Position numbers and translations under genes: made by a program. A model generated the notes under the pieces. The model did not search any database, was not told the origin of the DNA, and saw nothing but the letters and a program-made list of their open reading frames with translations. This document shows, in pieces, positions 1 through 7,318 of a stretch of DNA of 42,265 nucleotides. How positions within the stretch are numbered: the first letter of the stretch is position 1; every line of letters begins with the position of its first letter. Where the stretch lies: the NCBI GenBank assembly GCA_043819555.1, contig JBDREQ010000011.1:1-42265 (forward strand), read 5' to 3'. The stretch is from Candidatus Zixiibacteriota bacterium (GTDB lineage: Bacteria; Zixibacteria; MSB-5A5; GN15; JAAZOE01).

Positions 1-129
1 ACACTTACTGATGATCGCTTCTTCAAACTCATTTGCGCTTATAATAACACTCCAAGGAAATGTCTGGACTTTCGAACCCCAGCTGAGTTATTTGGAGATA
101 AACTGTTGCACTTCAAATGTGAATCCACC
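1..129 (+). mobile_element. IS30-family insertion sequence, right end (truncated by window start); right inverted repeat about 104-129
   Basis: Frame +1 from base 1 reads TLTDDRFFKLICAYNNTPRKCLDFRTPAELFGDKLLHFKCEST. This matches the IS30 C-terminal N-x-x-PRK-x-L-x-(F/Y)-x-TP motif. TGTTGCACTTCAAATGTGAATCCACC resembles IS30-type right ends. Confidence 0.8.
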
Positions 130-150
130 TCGCGAAACTTGTTGGAATGA
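1..150 (+). CDS. IS30-family transposase, C-terminal fragment (5' part outside window); stop codon lies beyond the IR
   Basis: Open frame 1-150 ending in TGA at 148-150, with the PRKCLDFRTP motif. Absent from the ORF track because no start codon is in the window. Confidence 0.8.
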   Translation, partial: TLTDDRFFKLICAYNNTPRKCLDFRTPAELFGDKLLHFKCESTSRNLLE

Positions 151-259
151 CACCAAAAACCACTTACTAACCTGTGCTGTTAGGTCCTGATTTTGAGAAG
201 CAGGTTGTGGCCTGACAGAAACAGTAGGGGGGATCCCCATGGCTCCTGCCAATTCACCG

Positions 260-360
260 GTCATTGCAAATCCCCGTGAAACGGGGATGTGGCAATCTAT
301 GGCTTGTAGCGACTGACAGATCGCCGCGTCGTTCCGCTCCGCGAAACTCCTCGCGATGAC
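260..360. repeat. REP/RPE-like palindromic element (GTCATTGC...GTGGCAATC...GATCGCCGC...GCGATGAC)
   Basis: Terminal inverted GTCATTGC/GCGATGAC and an internal hairpin ATCCCCGT-GAA-ACGGGGAT, read directly. Confidence 0.75.
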
Positions 361-378
361 AGGGATATTATTAACCCT

Positions 379-407
379 GTGCCATGCAGGTGTCCACATC
401 TGCGCGG
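379..407. repeat. Degenerate copy of the GGGCAGATGT-GG-ACATCTGCCC hairpin (other copies 23079-23104 and 23462-23488)
   Basis: GTGCCATGCAGGTGTCCACATCTGCGCGG aligns with the reverse complement of 23079-23107 (GTGCCGGGCAGATGTCCACATCTGCCCGG). Confidence 0.65.
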
Positions 408-519
408 AAAACAATCATGGCAGATGGGGATGTCCAACTTGGGTAACATATCTCGTTGACATTTTTATAATAACATTACTGCTTTTTAATAAAGATGCGA
501 TAAATGTGGCGGTTACCTG

Positions 520-617
520 TGTCATTCCCGAGAGCGAAGCCCCGTCAGGGGCGAAGCGAGTCGGGAATCCAGATAAGGTTGATATTTTTCTGGATACCCG
601 CCTGCGCGGGTATGACA
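520..617. repeat. REP-like element, TGTCATTCCC...GGGAATCCAG family, complete two-arm copy
   Basis: TGTCATTCCCGAGAGCGAAGCCCC..GGGGCGAAGCGAGTCGGGAATCCAG followed by the inverted arm CTGGATACCCGCCTGCGCGGGTATGACA. Half copies occur at 41578-41627 and 42107-42158. Confidence 0.85.
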
Positions 618-642
618 ATTTGATTGGATTATTGACTTTAGC

Positions 643-757
643 AATCACCACCAAACCCGTAGCGAATGATCAAAAATGACAGAACAAAGCCAATTTGCTA
701 TAAGCAAATTGTACACATGACAATACAGGGAATTTTGTGAAAAATAATGTGGATAAT
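643..757 (-). repeat. Dispersed scaffolded intergenic element, copy C (DnaA box 756-748; invariant 19-mer 695-677)
   Basis: The reverse complement reads TTATCCACATTATTTTTCACAAAATTCCCTGTATT...GCTTATAGCAAATTGGCTTTGTTCTGTCATTTTT, colinear with 22965-23048 and 41630-41714. Confidence 0.85.
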
Positions 758-795
758 TTATTGAATAGATTAAAAAAAACGAGGCAAAACAACTA

Positions 796-1527
796 CTAAT
801 CTGTAAGCCGACCCACTATCTCCGGCAGAACCTCACCAGATGGGCCTTGCAGAAACATATCGGCGATTTCAGTCAAACCGGTCGGCTCAATATTAACCTC
901 AACCACTAATGCCCCCGACCGCCGGGCAATAAACGGTAACGATGCCGCTGGTTGAACCAGAGTCGATGTCCCAACCGAAAAGAAAACCTCGGCCGCCTCC
1001 GCCGCCTCAAAGGCCGATTGCAAAACATCCTGCGGCAGCATTTCGCCGAACCAGACGACATCGGGCCGAATAAACCCGCCGCATTGACATTTAGGCAACT
1101 CGACATCGAGATTAATTTCATCATGATACATTTTTTGGCAATCGAGGCATTTATTGCGGGTGATGTTGCCGTGCAGTTCAAATATCTTCGATGACCCGGC
1201 TCGGCGATGCAGATCATCGACGTTTTGAGTTATCAATGAAAAATCGTCGAAGATATTTTCAAATTCAGCTATGGCGTAATGCCCCCCATTGGGTTCGACT
1301 TCGCTCATCAGATTGCGGCGGTATTGATACCATTCCCAGACGAGATTTGGGTTGGCCATGAATCCATCAACCGATGCCAGCTCTTCCGCGTTCATTTTAT
1401 TCCAGATGCCGCCCTCGCCTCGGAATGTTGGAACGCCTGATTCGGCCGAGACTCCGGCCCCGGTCGACACGACGACCTTGCCCGATGTTTTCAATCGCTC
1501 AATTAGTTCTTGCGGTATCTCGATCAT
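796..1527 (-). CDS. cobB: NAD-dependent protein deacylase (class III sirtuin)
   Basis: GAGVSAESGVPTFRG, YxxR (WYQYRR), TQNVDDLH, HG, Zn-binding CxxC/CxC, RPDVVWFGE, VGTS motifs. Confidence 0.95.
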   Translation of the reverse strand: MIEIPQELIERLKTSGKVVVSTGAGVSAESGVPTFRGEGGIWNKMNAEELASVDGFMANPNLVWEWYQYRRNLMSEVEPNGGHYAIAEFENIFDDFSLITQNVDDLHRRAGSSKIFELHGNITRNKCLDCQKMYHDEINLDVELPKCQCGGFIRPDVVWFGEMLPQDVLQSAFEAAEAAEVFFSVGTSTLVQPAASLPFIARRSGALVVEVNIEPTGLTEIADMFLQGPSGEVLPEIVGRLTD

Positions 1528-1537
1528 GTGTCAATTC

Positions 1538-2146
1538 CTATTGAGATGCCTTCAGAGCCGCCATCGATGCTTTGATAGCCGGTTCGATACTGGAATACAT
1601 AGCCGCGCCGCTGATATACTCGATCAAAAATCGTCCACCGGTGGCAGTTTCACCCAGTAATTTATAATTAACTATCTGCGAGGAGTGTACCAGGTATTGA
1701 TAAATTTGCATTCCATTAATCAGGTACGTTTTGCGGTCAATCCCGGAACCTTTCAGCTTTGGGAAAAGAAAATCTTCATATTTTTCGGAAATTTCCTTGA
1801 GCGTCGCATCCGATTCCTCAATCATCGAGACATACATCATCAACCCCGTCGCCGAATCCTGATAAACCGCCAGCGGATAAACCGGATAAAACTCGGTTGA
1901 CATCTCGGTCCCGCCCAGCATGCGGCGAAACATATCAAGTTTGGCATTATCCATCGGTGTCCATCCGGCGGGCGGGGAGACATTGAGATTTATTTCGGAA
2001 TAAGTTACGGGAACATCAAGCAAATTATCATCGACGGTATATGGGGCGTTTTGAAAATCATCGGGTTGCGAAGAACAGGAAATAAGAATCAGGCTCATTA
2101 TCGCAAGCATACATAGAATTGGAAATTTAGTCAAAAATAAACGCAT
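1538..2146 (-). CDS. Hypothetical lipoprotein
   Basis: Hydrophobic signal peptide ending in lipobox LILISC. ATG at 2146 lies 9 nt after AAGGA. Co-oriented 10 nt upstream of cobB. Confidence 0.75.
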   Translation of the reverse strand: MRLFLTKFPILCMLAIMSLILISCSSQPDDFQNAPYTVDDNLLDVPVTYSEINLNVSPPAGWTPMDNAKLDMFRRMLGGTEMSTEFYPVYPLAVYQDSATGLMMYVSMIEESDATLKEISEKYEDFLFPKLKGSGIDRKTYLINGMQIYQYLVHSSQIVNYKLLGETATGGRFLIEYISGAAMYSSIEPAIKASMAALKASQ

Positions 2147-2177
2147 GAGCAACCGTCCTTTGAAAGAGTGTTAAGCC

Positions 2178-2206
2178 AATCTATGCGCTTATTTACAAAA
2201 AGTCAA
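2178..2206 (-). promoter_or_regulatory. sigma70-type promoter for lipoprotein-cobB
   Basis: TTGACT-17 nt-TAGATT on the minus strand. Confidence 0.6.
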
Positions 2207-2316
2207 AAACTTTTAGGATTATGCAATCGGCCTTATCATTCGAAAAATGGCGGACGATAATGCCGAATTTTAAAATCAGTTAATTCATGATTTGAAATAG
2301 TTTAATAGAAAACCAA

Positions 2317-2345
2317 TTGACCCGAAATATGTATAAGCCTATATT
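2317..2345 (+). promoter_or_regulatory. sigma70-type promoter for gmd operon
   Basis: TTGACC-17 nt-TATATT, 37 nt upstream of the gmd ATG. Confidence 0.65.
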
Positions 2346-2382
2346 TGAAACCTAACAGGTTATCCAAAGAAGGGATAAAAAT

Positions 2383-3348
2383 ATGCGGGCGATTATAACG
2401 GGAATTACCGGGCAGGACGGCTCCTATCTCGCCGAACTGTTGCTCTCAAAAGGCTATGACGTATATGGCATGGTCCGAAGGGCATCAACGGAATCTTTTG
2501 ATCGAATAAATCATATCAAAGATAAAATAGAGCTGCATCAGGCTGACCTATTGGACCAATTATCGATAATCAGCATCATCGAAGAGATTAAACCAGACGA
2601 GATATATAATCTTGCGGCCCAATCATTTGTCCCGATTTCGTGGAGCCAGCCGGTTTTAACCGGCGAATTTAATGCCCTGGGAGTGACAAAAGTCCTTGAG
2701 GCAATCAGGTTGGTAAATAAGAATATACGATTTTACCAGGCTTCTTCATCGGAAATGTTTGGCAAAGTCCTTGAAACGCCCCAAACGGAAACAACCCCGT
2801 TTTACCCTCGTTCGCCATATGGAGTGGCCAAAGTTTATGGTCACTGGATTACGGTCAATTACCGTGAAAGTTATGGAATTCACGCCACCAGCGGGATTCT
2901 GTTCAATCATGAATCACCGCGACGTGGGCTGGAATTTGTAACAAGAAAAATTACCGATGGCGTCGTCCGAATAAAACTGGGAATGGCTGAGAACCTTGCC
3001 TTGGGAAATCTGGATGCCAAACGAGATTGGGGTTTTGCCGGCGATTATGTTAAAGCAATGTGGCTGATGCTTCAGCAGGATAAACCAAAAGATTATGTGA
3101 TCGCGACCGGTTCGACTCATTCGGTTAAGGAATTTGTGGTGGAAGCGTTTTCATCGGTTGATCTTGACTGGGAGAAATATGTTGTCAAAGATCCCCGTTT
3201 TATGCGTCCGGCCGAAGTCGATTTTCTCGTCGGCGATGCTTCCAAAGCCAAAAAAGATCTGGGCTGGGAAGCGGAAGTAGATTTTAAAGGTCTGGTCCAG
3301 ATGATGATCGACGCTGATTTGGAACGCCTGAAAGGGAAGAGCAATTAA
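2383..3348 (+). CDS. gmd: GDP-mannose 4,6-dehydratase
   Basis: [66 protein letters not shown]. Confidence 0.97.
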   Translation: MRAIITGITGQDGSYLAELLLSKGYDVYGMVRRASTESFDRINHIKDKIELHQADLLDQLSIISIIEEIKPDEIYNLAAQSFVPISWSQPVLTGEFNALGVTKVLEAIRLVNKNIRFYQASSSEMFGKVLETPQTETTPFYPRSPYGVAKVYGHWITVNYRESYGIHATSGILFNHESPRRGLEFVTRKITDGVVRIKLGMAENLALGNLDAKRDWGFAGDYVKAMWLMLQQDKPKDYVIATGSTHSVKEFVVEAFSSVDLDWEKYVVKDPRFMRPAEVDFLVGDASKAKKDLGWEAEVDFKGLVQMMIDADLERLKGKSN

Positions 3349-4300
3349 GGCTTATATTACCGGTATTTGCGGGTTCGCGGGTTCCTGGCTCGCCGAAGAA
3401 CTATTGAATCATGGATATTATGTCCGAGGCGTGGCATTACCTGGAGAATCGGATATTAACTTGCGACATATCCCACTCAAAATTAAGATTGATAGATTCG
3501 ATATAACCGATCCCGAATCATGCAAAGATATTTTAAACCGTGTGAAACCCGATTATCTGTTTCATCTGGCGGCGATGTCTTCCGTCGGAAAGTCATTTAC
3601 ACAGGCAGAAAGGACTTTCAAAGTCAACGTTGATGGAACGATCAATATCTTCGATGCGGCTAAAAATAAATCATGGTTGAAAAAATTAATCTTCGTCAGT
3701 TCATCGGATGTTTACGGGTTAGTCAAACCGAGTGATTTACCGCTTAAATCTTCTCAGATTCCTAATCCAATGAATCCATACTCTCAAAGCAAAGTCGTCG
3801 GGGAATATTTGAGCAAAATTTATTTCGGTCAATTCGGAACGCCAATTGTTATTGTTCGAGCCTTTAACCATACCGGACCGAGGCAGAGGCTTGATTTTGC
3901 CATTCCCTCATTCAGCAGGAAAATCGCTAAGGCGGAAACTTCGCCGAAAAACGGAATAATTACGGTTGGGAATTTATTGGCCCGCCGTGATTTGAGCGAT
4001 GTACGTGATATCGTTCGGGGCTACCGGATGCTTGCCGAAAAGGGCAGGTCGGGAGAAATCTATCAATTATGCTCGGGTCGAGATTATCGAATTGGAGATT
4101 TGTTAAAAAAGCTGGTCGAGATGTCGGATAAGCCGATAAGGATTAAAAAGGACATGAAACTCTTCCGCAAGTCCGATTTACCGGTCCTGCGGGGGAGCTA
4201 CAATAAAGTAAAAAAAGAAATTGGCTGGAAACCCGAAATTCCGCTAAAAGCAACCATGGCAGATACTTTGGAATATTGGCGGAAAAAAATAGCCAGGTAA
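3344..4300 (+). CDS. NAD(P)-dependent sugar-nucleotide reductase/dehydratase (Rmd-like GDP-4-keto-6-deoxymannose reductase); probable ATT start
   Basis: In-frame upstream of the track ORF lies [20 protein letters not shown] (Rossmann motif), bounded by an in-frame TGA at 3329. Also HLAAMS, YxxxK (YSQSK), [16 protein letters not shown]. Confidence 0.85.
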   Translation: MKAYITGICGFAGSWLAEELLNHGYYVRGVALPGESDINLRHIPLKIKIDRFDITDPESCKDILNRVKPDYLFHLAAMSSVGKSFTQAERTFKVNVDGTINIFDAAKNKSWLKKLIFVSSSDVYGLVKPSDLPLKSSQIPNPMNPYSQSKVVGEYLSKIYFGQFGTPIVIVRAFNHTGPRQRLDFAIPSFSRKIAKAETSPKNGIITVGNLLARRDLSDVRDIVRGYRMLAEKGRSGEIYQLCSGRDYRIGDLLKKLVEMSDKPIRIKKDMKLFRKSDLPVLRGSYNKVKKEIGWKPEIPLKATMADTLEYWRKKIAR

Positions 4301-4310
4301 GGGAGTTTTT

Positions 4311-5618
4311 GTGAAGAATAAAATTCTGGATAAAATCAAAGATAAAAGCGCCCGAATTGGCATTATCGGTCTTGGCTATGTCGGTTTGCCGTTGGCGGTT
4401 GAGTTTGCCGAAAGCGGTTATAATGTCACCGGTATAGATATTTCAAAGAATAAAGTGAAATTGATTAGCGGTGGTCATTCTGATATTGACGACATTCCCG
4501 ATAACCGTGTGGCCCCGTTGATTAGATCCAAATTCCTGAAGGCCACGACTGATCAAAGCCATTTATCAAAAATAGACTGTGTTTTTATTTGCGTCCCGAC
4601 ACCATTATCAAAGACTAAGGACCCTGACATCAGTTATATCCTGGCGGCCTGTGAAGCAGTTGTCAAGTATCTGCATAAAGATATGCTGGTTGTTCTGGAA
4701 TCAACGACATATCCGGGAACAACCGATGAGGTTATCAAGCCAAGGCTTGAGGAAAGCGGTCTTAAAGCGGGACTTGATTTTTATCTGGCTTTTTCGCCGG
4801 AAAGAGTTGACCCCGGAAACGCGCATTATACAACCAAGAATACTCCCCGTGTGGTTGGAGGGATTACCGATAAATGCACTCAAGTCGCCAAAACATGCTA
4901 TGAGCAGGTTATTCCAAATATCTATCCGGTGTCATCGACCCGCGCCGCCGAGATGGTCAAGCTTCTCGAAAATACTTTTCGCTCGGTAAATATCGGTCTG
5001 GTAAACGAAGTCGCCCTGATGTGCCATCGCCTTAACATGGATGTTTGGGAAATAATCAATGCCGCCGCAACCAAACCTTTTGGCTTTATGCCGTTCTATC
5101 CAGGGCCGGGACTCGGCGGACATTGCATACCGATTGACCCGCATTATCTGTCTTGGAAACTAAAAACGCTCAATTATTTTGCCCGTTTTATTGAATTGGC
5201 GGGCGATATTAATTCGCATATGCCTGAATGGGTCGTCGAAAGAATAACTTCTCTTTTAAATGAACATAGTAAATCGGTTAAGGGCTCACAGATTCTGGTG
5301 CTTGGCGTAGCCTACAAGAAAAACATACAGGATATCCGCGAATCACCCGCCCTTGATGTTATTGAGCTTCTTGTTCGGCTGGGAGCAAAGCTGAGTTATA
5401 ATGATCCTTATGTCCCCGAATTAAATCAAGACTTTCATAAAATGAAATCAGTCAAGCTCACATTATCAGGATTGAAAAAGGCGGATTTGGTAGTTATTCT
5501 TACCGATCATAAAGATTATGACTATGGCTGGATTTGCGAGAACGCTAATTTGGTTTTTGATACCCGTAATGCCACCATAAATGTTACGAAAGGTAAAAAC
5601 AAGATTCACAAATTATAG
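4311..5618 (+). CDS. UDP-N-acetyl-hexosamine 6-dehydrogenase (WbpA/WecC-type nucleotide sugar dehydrogenase)
   Basis: IIGLGYVGLPLA, ICVPTP, LESTTYPGTT, FSPERVDPG, KLLENTFRSVNI, GLGGHCIPIDP, LGVAYK..DIRESP. Confidence 0.93.
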   Translation: MKNKILDKIKDKSARIGIIGLGYVGLPLAVEFAESGYNVTGIDISKNKVKLISGGHSDIDDIPDNRVAPLIRSKFLKATTDQSHLSKIDCVFICVPTPLSKTKDPDISYILAACEAVVKYLHKDMLVVLESTTYPGTTDEVIKPRLEESGLKAGLDFYLAFSPERVDPGNAHYTTKNTPRVVGGITDKCTQVAKTCYEQVIPNIYPVSSTRAAEMVKLLENTFRSVNIGLVNEVALMCHRLNMDVWEIINAAATKPFGFMPFYPGPGLGGHCIPIDPHYLSWKLKTLNYFARFIELAGDINSHMPEWVVERITSLLNEHSKSVKGSQILVLGVAYKKNIQDIRESPALDVIELLVRLGAKLSYNDPYVPELNQDFHKMKSVKLTLSGLKKADLVVILTDHKDYDYGWICENANLVFDTRNATINVTKGKNKIHKL

Positions 5619-5986
5619 TTTTTTATCGAACTCAATATTCGACAGGATAGGATTCGCCTACTATAATTTTCGATGTTGTGCAATGGCTTATGCCCCAAAA
5701 TGGTTGGTTTGTGCTGAATTTCCCCGTATCTCAGCATGAAGCAACGAAAAATAAACCGATGTTTTCATAAATAGTTGTAGCTATTAGTCGATAAATAGCG
5801 TATAATGAATAGTTAATGTTAATTTTGAGTTCGATCTTTATCGTAGTTTTGTTCTATAATACATCACACCGCTAAAGCTTAATCTCGAATTGATGGCGCA
5901 ATGATGCGCAACATGTCATTTATCTTGAAGTATCTGACTTCATTGGAATGCAGTTCGCTTCGGGATAAGCAAATACGGAGTGTAGT

Positions 5987-6277
5987 ATGAATATCTACAT
6001 CGGAAACATGTCGTTTGATACGACAGAAGATCAATTACGCCAAGCCTTTGAGGAATTTGGTGCAGTCTCAACCGTCAACATTATTACCGACAAGTACAGC
6101 GGAGATCCCAGGGGTTTTGCGTTTGTGGAGATGTCGGCAAAGGACGAGGCTATTGCTGCTATTAGTGGTCTTAATGAGCAGGAGTTGGATGGACGCACAT
6201 TGAATGTCAATGAAGCAAAACCGCGCGTCCAGGATAATAACCGCGGCGGTGGCAACGGCTACCGCAAGTCTTACTAA
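5987..6277 (+). CDS. RRM (RNP-1) RNA-binding protein
   Basis: RNP2 IYIGNM, RNP1 RGFAFVEM, LDGRTLNVNEAKPR and a Gly-rich tail; SD GGAG. Confidence 0.95.
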   Translation: MNIYIGNMSFDTTEDQLRQAFEEFGAVSTVNIITDKYSGDPRGFAFVEMSAKDEAIAAISGLNEQELDGRTLNVNEAKPRVQDNNRGGGNGYRKSY

Positions 6278-6326
6278 TAGACAAATACTGAAGCCCGTGT
6301 AAATTTTTACACGGAACTCGATTATC

Positions 6327-6358
6327 AGGAGATTGGCTTCCAGCCAGTTTCCTTTTTT
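6327..6358 (+). terminator. Intrinsic terminator after RRM gene
   Basis: AGGAGATTGGCT-TCC-AGCCAGTTTCCT stem (with GU pairs) followed by a T tract. A second hairpin CCGTGTAAA..TTTACACGG lies at 6295-6314. Confidence 0.7.
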
Positions 6359-6418
6359 ATTTTACTTCCGGTAATGACTGGACTTGCTTGCAAAATTAAT
6401 CCGATTTATTATACAGCT

Positions 6419-7315
6419 GTGCAAAAAGGCCCGAATGAAATAATTGAAATTGGCCAATCGCTACTTGGCCATTTAAACAATTGCGAATTATGCCCCCAGG
6501 AATGCGGAGTTGACAGGACTATTTCCAGTGATGGACAGTGCGGCGTATCTGATAAGGTTCGTGTCGCCAGCTGTAATTTGCATTATGGAGAAGAACCTCC
6601 GATTAGCGGGAGTAAGGGTTCGGGGACGATATTCCTATCCGGATGCAGTCTTTGTTGTCTGTATTGCCAGAATTATCCTATCAGTCAGCAATTGGTTGGT
6701 TCGGAAATGGAAATTGAAGAATTGGCCGATAAAATTATATCCCTGCAGGATCGAGGAGCTCATAATATAAATTTCGTTACGCCGGATCATTTCTTTGGAC
6801 ATATTGTCATAGCTCTTGGTTTGGCCGCCCACAAAGGCCTTAGCATTCCAATTGTCTGCAATAGTTCGGGATATCAGAAATTGGAGACGATTGCGCAATT
6901 GGAGGGTATAATAGATATATATATGGTCGATATGCGGTACAACGAAAACGAAATCGCACGCGAATGTTCAAATGCGGTCAATTACAGGGAGATTAATCGT
7001 AACGCCATTAAGGAAATGTACCGGCAGGTTGGAAATCTCGAAGTTGACGATTCCGGACTCGCAAAACGCGGAATATTAATCAGGCATCTGGTATTGCCGG
7101 GCGGATTGTCCGGCTCAAACGAAATCTTTGACTTTCTGGCCAATGAGATTTCCACCGATATTTATGTAAGTCTGATGAGCCAGTATTTTCCCGCCTATCA
7201 GGCGACCGAACATGATATTCTCAAAAGGAGAATTACCGCGACCGAATTTGACAAGGTCGTTGAGATGTTCTATAATGCTGGACTGAAAAACGGTTTTATT
7301 CAGGAGTTGAGGTAA
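6419..7315 (+). CDS. PflX-like radical SAM protein
   Basis: N-terminal CELCPQECGVDR, HYGEEPPISG, CxxxCxxC (CSLCCLYC), GAHNINFVTP, IRHLVLPG, SLMSQYFP. GTG 6419 is chosen as start because TTGCTT-17-TATTAT (6384-6412) overlaps the longer ORF. Confidence 0.85.
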   Translation: MQKGPNEIIEIGQSLLGHLNNCELCPQECGVDRTISSDGQCGVSDKVRVASCNLHYGEEPPISGSKGSGTIFLSGCSLCCLYCQNYPISQQLVGSEMEIEELADKIISLQDRGAHNINFVTPDHFFGHIVIALGLAAHKGLSIPIVCNSSGYQKLETIAQLEGIIDIYMVDMRYNENEIARECSNAVNYREINRNAIKEMYRQVGNLEVDDSGLAKRGILIRHLVLPGGLSGSNEIFDFLANEISTDIYVSLMSQYFPAYQATEHDILKRRITATEFDKVVEMFYNAGLKNGFIQELR

Positions 7316-7318
7316 CAG

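Noticed and set aside
88..679. ORFs 88-414, 356-679 and 415-654 as genes
   Set aside because: They are translations of REP palindromes and the IS end, with no recognisable domain or RBS.
796..1527. Sirtuin as an anti-phage SIR2 effector (Thoeris/DSR)
   Set aside because: It is a canonical single-domain Zn-binding CobB with no defence partners.
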